A stretch of DNA of 64,000 nucleotides from an uncultured cyanobacterium (GTDB taxonomy: Bacteria; Cyanobacteriota; Cyanobacteriia; Cyanobacteriales; CAWUOF01). Location: assembly GCA_963744145.1 (NCBI GenBank), contig CAVUSO010000001.1:4064001-4128000 (forward strand), given 5' to 3'. Positions within the stretch are counted from its first letter, which is position 1; every line of letters starts with the position of its first letter. Under the pieces are notes generated by a model. That model was not told the DNA's origin. It was given only the letters and a program-made list of their open reading frames with translations, and made no database searches. Shown in pieces: positions 30,983-40,368 of this stretch. The translations under genes were made by a program, and so were the position numbers.

Positions 30983-31060
30983 AATCGCAAAAAGTGGATA
31001 ATATTTGATTGCTGCATTTGTTGAGTAATAAATGGCTCAGGGCGAGAAAATTATGAAAAT

Positions 31061-31495
31061 TTACTCAGGAACTTGGACAAGATGAATAATTGGAGTTCCT
31101 AAACGAGTAAAGTGATTAGGATTGAGTGTCAGGATAACAGCAACCTCTGCTTTCAGTGCAGATTGGGCGATTAAAGCATCAAAAATACCGCCACCTGGAA
31201 TATTTAAGGTTGCCATTTGAGCGATCACTAATTGATAATCATTGGCTAGCAGTGGAATGGCTTCAATGTACTGTAAAACATCTACAATAATACTATGAGC
31301 TTGTGGGGAGGAAATACGTGGTTGAATTGGTAAGCGTGTGATGACAGAATAGGTTTCTGCTAGAGTGTGAGTTGAAATAAATCCTTGAATTTGTTTAGAT
31401 TCTGCTGCTTGAAGCATTGGGAAACAAACAGAATGCTTTGGATGATTGACAATTAATGCAGACACCAAAACAGAAGTATCAAATAAGACTTTCAT
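31061..31495 (-). CDS. PIN-domain (VapC-like) toxin
   Basis: MKVLFDTSVLV, HTLAETY, IFDALIA and LTLN. Confidence 0.88.
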   Translation of the reverse strand: MKVLFDTSVLVSALIVNHPKHSVCFPMLQAAESKQIQGFISTHTLAETYSVITRLPIQPRISSPQAHSIIVDVLQYIEAIPLLANDYQLVIAQMATLNIPGGGIFDALIAQSALKAEVAVILTLNPNHFTRLGTPIIHLVQVPE

Positions 31496-31794
31496 AAAGC
31501 CATTATATCTTGAATACGTTCTTCTCTTAAATCATCTATGAAAGTATTCAAATTAAAACTTTCTGGTAATTGTGCATCTAACACTAAAACACCTTCTTTT
31601 CGATAGATTTTTGCTTGGTTAGATGCCAGGATATGGTGTAATTCTGAGGTTTGTTCAGGGTATTTTTTAGCCGCTTTCTGACTCAATGCTTCAATTTTTT
31701 CGGCAACAGCTTGACTGATTAGCTGTTCTGGTGAGATTCCCTGAATGGTTGCCCATTTTTCGATATTTTTTTGTAGTTCAGGAGGAAATTTCAT
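31492..31794 (-). CDS. Putative antitoxin
   Basis: Small ORF overlapping the PIN gene start (ATGA), with C-terminus IDDLREERIQDI. Confidence 0.65.
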   Translation of the reverse strand: MKFPPELQKNIEKWATIQGISPEQLISQAVAEKIEALSQKAAKKYPEQTSELHHILASNQAKIYRKEGVLVLDAQLPESFNLNTFIDDLREERIQDIMAL

Positions 31795-31931
31795 AGAAAT
31801 CAACGTTAAAATTAAGAAAATCAAAAAAGCGATCATCTGCAAGTATTTTAATTTTATCAGAGCCAGAGACAAACCGCAATATTTTTGCTATAGTAGTCAT
31901 AGCTGCCTGAGCTAAAAATACCTGAGTGCGA

Positions 31932-32942
31932 TCATATTCTTCTATCAACAAGACAAAGCTGAATTAAATTTTCAGCTCTTTGCTCTAATTGTTGTCTGTA
32001 AATTAAACCTTCGATCCAAGCAGATTTTATTTCTTGATAACCAAATCTTGCTCCTAACAATGCACCAGCAACTGCTGCATTAGTGTCTGCATCTCCACCT
32101 TCATGAATGATGGTGAGAATACCTTCTGTAAATGTTTTTGCATGACGCAATGCCCAAAAACCTGCTGCTAAGGTTTTGAGAGTGTAGCCATAAGTAACCT
32201 TCTCGTGACTATTTAGTCCTTCATCTAAATCTAATACTGCTATTGAATCAGCTTGTGTTTTTTGGAAATAGGTGTTCATTTCTGGATGGTATTCTTCAAC
32301 TTCTTTAGCGATCGCATCAACTAACTTATCTAGATCTTGTTCTCCTTGTAATAGCTGACTAATTGCTAAACAAACAGCGACACAAGATCCAATACAACGG
32401 GGATCTGCATGAGTTATTCGACATACTGTTTCAGCATTAAAACGAACTTTTTCTGGTTCTAAATATTGCCAAATACCAAGGGGTGAAGTTCTCATAACTC
32501 CGCCATTTGGGGCTGATTTTCTTCCCTTAGATTCCCAATATTCTTCAGATGCTAAATGGGGATTTTTGAGAAATTCTGAATGATGAATAACATTATAGAT
32601 TGTTCCACCAATCCCAAAACCATCGGTTTGAGCCCAATGATGAAACCTTGCAGCAATATCATAAATATTGATAGATTGATGAGTAATTATACTGTCAAGA
32701 ATACAAAGCATTTGGTCTGTATCATCTGTCCAATCTCCTGGAGACCAACGTGGATCATCAAGTTGTTCAAATTCGTTGGTAATTTTAGAAAAAAATCTTA
32801 AGTCAGAATAATTGTGTAATCCATTCGGAAAGGTGAAATCAACCTCAGCACGAGATAAGAATTCAGTACCAATACCAAGTGCATCTCCTACAGCTTGACC
32901 AAATAACACCCCACGAATTTTATCTATAACTATCAAATTCAT
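31932..32942 (-). CDS. ADP-ribosylglycohydrolase family protein
   Basis: GQAVGDALG, WTDDTDQ, NGGVMR, ITHAD and GGDADTNAAVAGALLGA. Confidence 0.93.
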   Translation of the reverse strand: MNLIVIDKIRGVLFGQAVGDALGIGTEFLSRAEVDFTFPNGLHNYSDLRFFSKITNEFEQLDDPRWSPGDWTDDTDQMLCILDSIITHQSINIYDIAARFHHWAQTDGFGIGGTIYNVIHHSEFLKNPHLASEEYWESKGRKSAPNGGVMRTSPLGIWQYLEPEKVRFNAETVCRITHADPRCIGSCVAVCLAISQLLQGEQDLDKLVDAIAKEVEEYHPEMNTYFQKTQADSIAVLDLDEGLNSHEKVTYGYTLKTLAAGFWALRHAKTFTEGILTIIHEGGDADTNAAVAGALLGARFGYQEIKSAWIEGLIYRQQLEQRAENLIQLCLVDRRI

Positions 32943-33044
32943 AATATATTCTGTAAAGTTTACTAGATACTATATTATATGGCTAATATTCTGTCTACTA
33001 TTGAGTGCTGATCGGCTATCTATCATTTACCGGGGCAATAAATT

Positions 33045-33686
33045 ATGGCAATTTATCTTGATTCGGCGATTATATCTGAAGCTGAAGCGGTAAGTAAATT
33101 CGGTTGGGTATCGGGAATTACTACTAATCCCACACTTTTAGCCAAAAGTAATTTACCGCCAGATGCGACCCTAAAGAAACTTGCACAACTAACTGCTGGG
33201 GAGGTATACTATCAGATTATCGCCCCTAATTTTGAGGGAATGGTAGCAGAAGGAAAAGCTGCATTTCAATTAATTGGACAACAAACTGTATTGAAACTAC
33301 CAGCAACAGCGGTGGGTTTTCAAGCAGTGGCACATTTGTCACCGGATATTCCTTGTGCGGTAACTGCGATCTATAGTCCAGCACAAGCAGTGGTAGCAGC
33401 AGCAGCGGGGGCAAAATATGCAGCAGTTTATGTGAATCGGGCTACTAGAATTTTAGGAGATGGTATGGCTTTGGTACGGGATCTGGCAAGTGTTTTGAAG
33501 GGAAGTAATACGGAAATTTTAGCAGCAAGTTTGAAATCTCCAATGGAAGCGGTGGCAAGTTTACAAGCGGGTGCAAATCATTTGACACTCAATTTTGAGG
33601 TATTGCAAGCAATGGGATTCCATGAACTATCGGAGCAAACTATTGATGAATTTGCGAAAAATGGGCGGGGAATTGGTACTGTCTAG
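33045..33686 (+). CDS. Transaldolase family protein (TalC/FSA-like)
   Basis: IYLDSA, GITTNPTLL, LKLP and ILAASLK. Confidence 0.9.
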   Translation: MAIYLDSAIISEAEAVSKFGWVSGITTNPTLLAKSNLPPDATLKKLAQLTAGEVYYQIIAPNFEGMVAEGKAAFQLIGQQTVLKLPATAVGFQAVAHLSPDIPCAVTAIYSPAQAVVAAAAGAKYAAVYVNRATRILGDGMALVRDLASVLKGSNTEILAASLKSPMEAVASLQAGANHLTLNFEVLQAMGFHELSEQTIDEFAKNGRGIGTV

Positions 33687-33761
33687 GATTGAGTGCGATC
33701 GCTGGCTTGTTGGGTTTGGGGAGTGCGATCGCTATTAGTAATAGATTAGAGCTTTTAGAGC

Positions 33762-35138
33762 TTACAGGTTACAAGTCTTGGCGCGAGAGAAAACTCGGTG
33801 AAACCCAATCACAAATTCCTTCAAAACAGGGAGATGACCTAGAGCAGCGGTGGTGTTAAAAGTTAGATCACTATAGTTCAACCACTTGCCTCCTTTTTTC
33901 CATCCTACTTTTTCACCAAATTTGTGTTCAATCTCTATTACAGCATTGGGATAACCACCAACATCTTTACTTTCCCATATCTGTTTTTGAACGCTGATCC
34001 CAAAATGACCATTAGAATATTTTACCCATAAGTTATCTATAGTCTGAAGGTCTTTACAAGGAAACTTTAACCAATCATCACCAGTGAGATATCCTTCTTT
34101 TTCACGATTAGCAGCTTCAAGTACAAGACGGTAAGTTTTCTTATCAGCCTCTTTCCATATCCCAGCAGCTAATAAATTAAGCAGAGGAGTGTAATCTATT
34201 TTTCTTTCACTTTCAAGAATAATTTGAGGTGTTTTAGGTAATGACTTAGGATTAAGTTCTTGCAATACTTCACTAGTAGACTGATAGCGATCGTCTAAAG
34301 GAATCGATATCATTTTATCTAAAATAATACTCAAATCACTGCTCACATTAGCATATTGCTGCCATACCCATTTCATCTTATAAAAATCAAACAACTTGTC
34401 TATATTATTACCATTTTCTTCTTCTAATAAACAACCCGTTAAAAGCCGAATACAAGTAACACCTAAACCATATAAATCACTAGCAGGAAAAGTCTGTCCC
34501 TGTAATTGTTCTGGAGCTGCATAACCAGGAGTACCAACCGTTGTACCTATTTTGGTCATTACAGTACCGCTTAATTGTTTCGATACTCCAAAGTCAATCA
34601 GCATCAAACGATTATTAACATCTCTAATAATGTTCTCTGGTTTAATATCTCTATGGATTACATTCTTTTGATGCACAAACTCTAAAACAGGTAAAAGTTG
34701 ATTTAATAAATCTCTAATCTTTTCCTCATTAAATTTTCCGTTCTGTTTTAGTTCTTCTAATAAATCTTTTCCATCAATAAATTCTTGAACTAAATATAGC
34801 CGTCCATCTTGTTCAAGGAATGCTAATAAGTCAGGTATTTGAGGATGTTTACCTAAGTCTCTTAATCGGATAGCTTCTTGTTTAAATAATTCTGTAGCTT
34901 TTTGTAATGCTCCACTACCTTGTAACTGAGGTAAAAATTGCTTAATCACACAGAATGTATCTAATCGTTGTTCATCTATTGCTTTGAATGTTTTACCAAA
35001 ACCGCCCTCTCCAAGAAATTCTACTGCTCGATAGCGATGCGAGAGTAATAACTTATTTCCACAAGATTGACAGAATTTCCAATCAGGTGGATTGTTAATA
35101 TTATTGCATTCAGGAGTTAGACATAAACATTGATTCAT
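33762..35138 (-). CDS. Ser/Thr protein kinase with C-terminal GUN4 domain
   Basis: LGEGGFGKT, HRDIKPEN, DFG and GTPGYAAPE. GUN4 motifs WKEADKKT and FPCKDLQTIDNLWVKYSNGHFGISVQ. Confidence 0.93.
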   Translation of the reverse strand: MNQCLCLTPECNNINNPPDWKFCQSCGNKLLLSHRYRAVEFLGEGGFGKTFKAIDEQRLDTFCVIKQFLPQLQGSGALQKATELFKQEAIRLRDLGKHPQIPDLLAFLEQDGRLYLVQEFIDGKDLLEELKQNGKFNEEKIRDLLNQLLPVLEFVHQKNVIHRDIKPENIIRDVNNRLMLIDFGVSKQLSGTVMTKIGTTVGTPGYAAPEQLQGQTFPASDLYGLGVTCIRLLTGCLLEEENGNNIDKLFDFYKMKWVWQQYANVSSDLSIILDKMISIPLDDRYQSTSEVLQELNPKSLPKTPQIILESERKIDYTPLLNLLAAGIWKEADKKTYRLVLEAANREKEGYLTGDDWLKFPCKDLQTIDNLWVKYSNGHFGISVQKQIWESKDVGGYPNAVIEIEHKFGEKVGWKKGGKWLNYSDLTFNTTAALGHLPVLKEFVIGFHRVFSRAKTCNL

Positions 35139-35423
35139 ATCTAATTGCCCTTTTTATTATTCAACGGTTTTACGGGCTCAGTCATGACTTTTTTGGGCAT
35201 TGTGGGTATTTCACAAAACTCGCGTACTCATTCTAATGTATAACCGGGCAAACGTCTAGTAGCCATTATTTGGCCAAGTTTGTGAAAGTCCAACCCAAAC
35301 CAGGAACCATCTGGGAATACCTTTGGGTCTTTGGTATCATAACTAGGTCTTGTGAGTGCGATCGCTTATTTTAACAAAAGACCAGCTATATAATGGTTGA
35401 GTAATCAACTACTGGTAAAGTTT

Positions 35424-36404
35424 ATGGGAATCTTTGATAGGGTTGCTCAAATTGTTAGAGCAGAAGTAAACAGTCAAAAACTTAATTACGATCACCAGAA
35501 ATTTGTGGGACTTGGGTTAACAACAACTGGCGCTATAGTTGGGGGCAATCTGGGTAAAGCTGGAATTCTAGCAGCAGGTAAAGGTTTTAGTGTCGGTAGT
35601 TTTGGTTTAGCAGGTGCAGGTGCTTTAACTGGTTTAGCTATTTATGAAGCAATATTAATGATCACTCAAAATGATACTTCCTCATTACCAGCGGGTATAG
35701 CAGGTGCTACAGTAGGAGTAGGAATATCAGCCAGTATTGGGAAAATAGGTGTTAGTCTTGCGGGTACTACTTTTGGAGCAGGTTTACCTCATTTAGCTGT
35801 AGCAGGTGCGATCACTGGATTAGGTTTAGCGGGTTTAAATCGATTGTTATTTGAGGGGGAAACTTTAGAAACAACCCTGGAATTAGCAATTGCAGATATG
35901 GAAGAGCAGGTATTACTTTTACAGAAAGCGGTTAAGAATGCTTTTGCCGCTCAATCAGGAGCTGAAAAGATAGCTCAAAAAGATTATAATCATGCTTGTT
36001 CTGAATTAGAAAAATGGAAAAATAGGACTAAACTGGCTTTACAATCTGGTAATCAAGAATTAGCCAGTGAAGCAGAGTTTCAATGGAGACGTTATGACGC
36101 GATTGTTTCCAGGTTAACGCCTTTAATGAATCAACCAGCCAATCCAATATTGGCAGATTTAAAGGCAAAATTAGGTATTTTAGAAGGAAAATTAAGGGAA
36201 GCTAAGACACAGAAAAGTTCTCTTTTATTAGCGATCGCTCAATCTCACTCTAAATATAAATATGAAAAAGAGCTAGTTGATACCTTCGTTAATGATTTTT
36301 ATTTGGATGAACCAGTAACTAGATTAAATAGTTTAGGTTTAGAAAATTCCGAAAAGCAAGTAACAGATATTGAACAACGGTTAATTGAGTTAGAAACTGA
36401 GTGA
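35424..36404 (+). CDS. PspA/IM30(Vipp1)-like protein with a glycine-rich hydrophobic insertion
   Basis: N-terminal MGIFDRVAQIVRAEVNS, then LELAIADMEEQ..LQKAV, KWKNRTKLALQSGNQELASEA and LEGKLREAKTQKSSL. It may extend past the TGA to 36539. Confidence 0.75.
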   Translation: MGIFDRVAQIVRAEVNSQKLNYDHQKFVGLGLTTTGAIVGGNLGKAGILAAGKGFSVGSFGLAGAGALTGLAIYEAILMITQNDTSSLPAGIAGATVGVGISASIGKIGVSLAGTTFGAGLPHLAVAGAITGLGLAGLNRLLFEGETLETTLELAIADMEEQVLLLQKAVKNAFAAQSGAEKIAQKDYNHACSELEKWKNRTKLALQSGNQELASEAEFQWRRYDAIVSRLTPLMNQPANPILADLKAKLGILEGKLREAKTQKSSLLLAIAQSHSKYKYEKELVDTFVNDFYLDEPVTRLNSLGLENSEKQVTDIEQRLIELETE

Positions 36405-36701
36405 TCGAATGAGAATAGTCCCATTAATAAAAAATTAAGTGAGCTAGAGTCTCAGTTATCAAATAATAATCAAGAGCGATCGCCCGATCTAGATTTGATT
36501 AATATTAAATTAGCTGAGTTAGAGTCCCAATTATTATGATTCTTTTGGTTGTGTTTTGTTTCGGGAAGTGAAGGGCGATCGCTTCTAGATTTTGAGAATG
36601 AAATGCGATCGCCCTTAATCCCCTACTCTAATTAATGTTGGTCAGAGGTGAGCGCGATCGCCGAAACCTAGCTCAAAAAATATTTGGGAGGATGACTAAT
36701 T

Positions 36702-36926
36702 TCATTGCTGATGGAACGGAGCTAAATTTGAGCTATCATGATTCTTCGGGTCGCAGTTATATACATTCCCTTGATCATCATGACATGTATTTTCATTCAG
36801 TGATATATTTAATTTCACATTTGAGTCTTTTTGAAGTGCGATCGCTGAAGCTGAATTGGCATTCATCAACACAATTATACCCATAAAAAGCGAAAGGATT
36901 GGGGATATTATCAGAATCAATTTCAT
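36702..36926 (-). CDS. Small putative secreted protein
   Basis: Signal-peptide-like MKLILIISPILSLFMGIIVLMNANSASA. The mature part has two Cys. AGGAA lies upstream. Confidence 0.45.
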   Translation of the reverse strand: MKLILIISPILSLFMGIIVLMNANSASAIALQKDSNVKLNISLNENTCHDDQGNVYNCDPKNHDSSNLAPFHQQ

Positions 36927-37286
36927 AAGTTATTTCCTAGTTAGTAAATCAATTTTTAGCCTTCTTAATTAACTATTAGGAAAAATCTGGAATAATATGC
37001 ACCAGTCAGAAAAATTTTCCCAATCATAATTGCTATCCCCAGAAAATAATCGGCAAATCATTATGTGAAAAAAGTCTGGAATAGATCACAGACTATTTGC
37101 TGCTGATTACAGCTTCCGAAGAGTGACAAGCACTCAATATTGTCAAACCAACTAAATAGACTAGGTAGTAACAGTCCAATGTTGGTCTAATATATAATTG
37201 TTAAAAGTTTAAGTTTTTATGCAAAAATGCTAAATTTTTGATCTAAAATTAGAATAGTAACACACTTGCACCAAAACCCTACTATT

Positions 37287-37667
37287 ATGAACCAGCATAG
37301 CTCGAAAATTTTTCGTTTCCAACTTCCTAGTGTCGGTAGTTTGCTCACCCTAATAGTAGTGATTTGGTTGGTGTGGTCGATTGGGTTAAACGGAATTATT
37401 AATTCGTTCTTAATCCTGATGGGACTATCAATTATTGCCCCAGTGCTAATTTGGTGGGGGTTCCGGTGGTGGTTAAGTCGTAATCTGATTGAATCACAGT
37501 GTCCCGTCTGTGCTTACGAATTTAGAGCTTTCAACCATACTCAATCCCAATGTCCCAATTGTGGGGAACCAATTCAAATTGAAAATGGTCAATTTCAACG
37601 CTTAACCCCACCTGGAACGATCGATGTCCAAGCAATTGACGTATCCACTAAACAAATTCACGATTAG
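37287..37667 (+). CDS. Conserved cyanobacterial membrane protein with Zn-ribbon
   Basis: Two TM segments, CPVC..CPNCGE and TPPGTIDVQA. Confidence 0.75.
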   Translation: MNQHSSKIFRFQLPSVGSLLTLIVVIWLVWSIGLNGIINSFLILMGLSIIAPVLIWWGFRWWLSRNLIESQCPVCAYEFRAFNHTQSQCPNCGEPIQIENGQFQRLTPPGTIDVQAIDVSTKQIHD

Positions 37668-38086
37668 TTGGACTTTTGGGAAATCGAAAGGGTAAAAGGA
37701 TGTTGACCTTGGCGATCGCCAATATATATGGAATAAGTACCTTGATCTCCATAACCAGGAAATTCGATTTTTCCCCCAGAACCATCTTCAAGAATACAGA
37801 AGCGACCTTTTGGCCCTTCAATTAACAGGGTAACATTGGCTTTACTTTGAACAGTAAACCGCAAAAAGGAGATATTCTTGGTGACTTCTAAAACTTGATT
37901 GGGTGTTTTAGCAATAAATCCACAGTCATCAGTGGGGACAGTTCCCCCAGAATTACCTGTAATAGTAATTGGGTCGGGCTGAAAATTGGGGGCAATGGTC
38001 AGCGTGTCACTAAGAGCTAAACTAGAAGTAGCTAAAATTATCCCGAAAACTGTAGGCACACTGATCCAATGAATACCTAGTTGCAT
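37664..38086 (-). CDS. Hypothetical secreted protein
   Basis: Signal-like N-terminus, then CGFI..PNQVL, TLLIEGP.GRFC and GTYSIYIGD. Confidence 0.65.
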   Translation of the reverse strand: MQLGIHWISVPTVFGIILATSSLALSDTLTIAPNFQPDPITITGNSGGTVPTDDCGFIAKTPNQVLEVTKNISFLRFTVQSKANVTLLIEGPKGRFCILEDGSGGKIEFPGYGDQGTYSIYIGDRQGQHPFTLSISQKSN

Positions 38087-38259
38087 ATTGGTTATTCCTG
38101 TCCTGGAAGTTGCAGGACTAAACAATTAGATCTATATATATTTAGACGATCATAGTCTGGGGAGGTTCCGGAGTAACTCAAAAATATTAATGCTATCAAT
38201 ACATATAATAGGAATCAAATCCGATTTTGTCGATCAATTACTAGAGAGATCAAGGTAAT

Positions 38260-38592
38260 ATGAATTCTCAAGAACCTCCAAACTGGGAACGCAAACTCCA
38301 AGAATTAGAAGCAGAATTAAGTAAAAGTCAGACTGCTTTTAATCCGGAAGAAAGACCGATTACAGTGAATATATCGCAACTGTTCCAAATGTTAGTTTAT
38401 CAAGCCTTACACTGGTTTAATGGACTGGCTCAAGTTGGCAAAATTGTCACCATAGTTGGAGTCGGAATTGTGGCTCTTGCTGTTTTACAAGCAGTAGTCC
38501 AGTTAGTATCTCTATTGATGACCTTATTGGTGTTAGGTGGTTTGGGTTTTGTTGGTTATAAGTTTTTCCAACAAAGTAAAAGTAATAGTTAA
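38260..38592 (+). CDS. Hypothetical membrane protein
   Basis: WERKLQELEAE coiled segment followed by two TM helices. Confidence 0.65.
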   Translation: MNSQEPPNWERKLQELEAELSKSQTAFNPEERPITVNISQLFQMLVYQALHWFNGLAQVGKIVTIVGVGIVALAVLQAVVQLVSLLMTLLVLGGLGFVGYKFFQQSKSNS

Positions 38593-38595
38593 TGA

Positions 38596-39366
38596 CTAAG
38601 GACGACGGTGAACTAGAGTAGCATTAGCTTGATCGACTGGAACCAGCATAACTTCACTGATATTAACATGAGCTGGGCGAGTCACACAGAAAAACACCAC
38701 ATCAGCAACATCAGCTGGGGTGAGCGGAGTGAGATTTTGATAAACTCGATCAGCGCGATCGCGATCTCCATGAAACCGAACCAGACTAAATTCAGTTTCT
38801 ACTAAACCTGGTTGTACTTCTGTTACTCGGACCGGAGTTCCTAACAAATCTTGTTTCAAACCTTCAGAAATTGCCCTAACCGCTGCTTTAGATGCACAAT
38901 AAACATTACCACCTGGATAAGTTTGACGACCAGCGATCGAACCAAGATTAACGATATGTCCTCTCCCACGTTGAATCATTCCGGGTAGGAGAGTTCTAGT
39001 TACATATAATAAACCTTTGAGATTGGTATCAATCATTTCTTCCCAATCTTGAATATTACCTGTCTGGAGTTGATCTAAACCTCGACTTAATCCAGCATTA
39101 TTAATTAAAATATCGATCGCAGCCCAATCAGTTGGTAAATTAGATAAAACAGATTCTACTTGATGGCGATCGCCTACATCAAAGGATAATAAACGAATTT
39201 GACTAGCAAACTCTTTAGTTAATTGATCTGCAAGTTGTTCGAGTCGATCTAAACGTCTTGCTGTCAAAATTAATTTCGCCCCAGCTTGAGCAAAAACTTG
39301 GGCACAAGCTGCACCAATTCCGCTACTAGCACCAGTAATTAAAACTATTTGTTGAGAAATCATCAT
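38596..39366 (-). CDS. SDR family oxidoreductase (YdfG-like)
   Basis: ITGASSGIG, NNAG, YCASK and PGLVETEFS. Confidence 0.92.
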   Translation of the reverse strand: MMISQQIVLITGASSGIGAACAQVFAQAGAKLILTARRLDRLEQLADQLTKEFASQIRLLSFDVGDRHQVESVLSNLPTDWAAIDILINNAGLSRGLDQLQTGNIQDWEEMIDTNLKGLLYVTRTLLPGMIQRGRGHIVNLGSIAGRQTYPGGNVYCASKAAVRAISEGLKQDLLGTPVRVTEVQPGLVETEFSLVRFHGDRDRADRVYQNLTPLTPADVADVVFFCVTRPAHVNISEVMLVPVDQANATLVHRRP

Positions 39367-39410
39367 TTTCTTGATTAAAGGGCGTATCACCTACGCCCCT
39401 ATTAATTGAT

Positions 39411-40238
39411 TTAATTAGTACCACTCACAACCCGTAGCCGTTGAGTAACGGCAATCATCCCACCATTACGAACTATAATCGCAGAAAGCCATTGATTATT
39501 GGCTTGATTAGGAGCATGACCAACCTTGAAAATGCCCCCTGCTGGTAAGGTTTGGAGGTCAAAGGAAGTTGGCTTCAAATAGGTACTTAAATTAATTGGT
39601 TCCTCAAGAGTAGTGCCAATCAACAAATCATTTCCTAAAGGTTCTTGCACAATTGCATCAAACTCATAAGTCTGTCCAGGTTTAACCTGGTCTGGTAAAC
39701 GAAAATCAACAGTTGGTGGTTTTTCACCCGCAGTTAATTGAGTACGTTCTGCGAGAATATCCTGATGCACAATCTGCTGATTTTCGATCCTTTGACGAGA
39801 GCGGATGGTTGATTCAAGACGAAAGTTTTTACTATCTACAGTTTTGTTGCCATTAATATTGGTAACAGTCTCAGCGGTAATTCCCTGACCATCAGTTTGC
39901 CAAGATGTAATTGCTGTGGTGTATTTTAGCTGGGGATAACCTTGCCAGAGTTGGGTCAAAGCTTGTTGCAAATTTGGACGGTTTAAACCATCAGAATTAG
40001 TAAAATTGGGACTATAAAACTGGATAATTCCCTGAATATCTTGGTGATTTGCTGCCGAATCAATACTAGACAAGAGACTTGTTAATTCGGGAGGTGCATC
40101 ATTAGCACTTTGTGCCCAGACATCTAATCGAGGGAGTGCCATTATTCCCCAAAGTGCTAAACCTAAGACCAACGGTGTGAAAACCTTGGTCTGGAATCGG
40201 GAAAAAATGGATGAGCAAAATCGCTGATACTTAGACAT
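39411..40238 (-). CDS. NTF2-like (nuclear transport factor 2 family) secreted protein
   Basis: IDSAAN..FYSPNFTNSDGL..LWQGYPQLKY, typical of a conserved cyanobacterial gene next to murG. Confidence 0.65.
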   Translation of the reverse strand: MSKYQRFCSSIFSRFQTKVFTPLVLGLALWGIMALPRLDVWAQSANDAPPELTSLLSSIDSAANHQDIQGIIQFYSPNFTNSDGLNRPNLQQALTQLWQGYPQLKYTTAITSWQTDGQGITAETVTNINGNKTVDSKNFRLESTIRSRQRIENQQIVHQDILAERTQLTAGEKPPTVDFRLPDQVKPGQTYEFDAIVQEPLGNDLLIGTTLEEPINLSTYLKPTSFDLQTLPAGGIFKVGHAPNQANNQWLSAIIVRNGGMIAVTQRLRVVSGTN

Positions 40239-40368
40239 AGAAGAAAAATGTTTGCCAATATCTATACAATGATAGCTGAGAGAATTGAACACCAGATAGC
40301 TGTCGAGGAACCGGAATTTCAAGTCTGCTAGCTGAACTCGTCCAGAAGAAATAGGAGAGATAACAGGA

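Noticed and set aside
28646..34070. GUN4 fragment versus kinase GUN4 domain as a DGR template/variable repeat pair
   Set aside because: Mismatches are not confined to adenines and no reverse transcriptase is present.
35205..35290. Imperfect inverted repeat TTTCACAAAACT / AGTTTGTGAAA between the kinase and PspA-like genes
   Set aside because: Short, AT-rich and imperfect; a regulator or recombination site cannot be told from chance.
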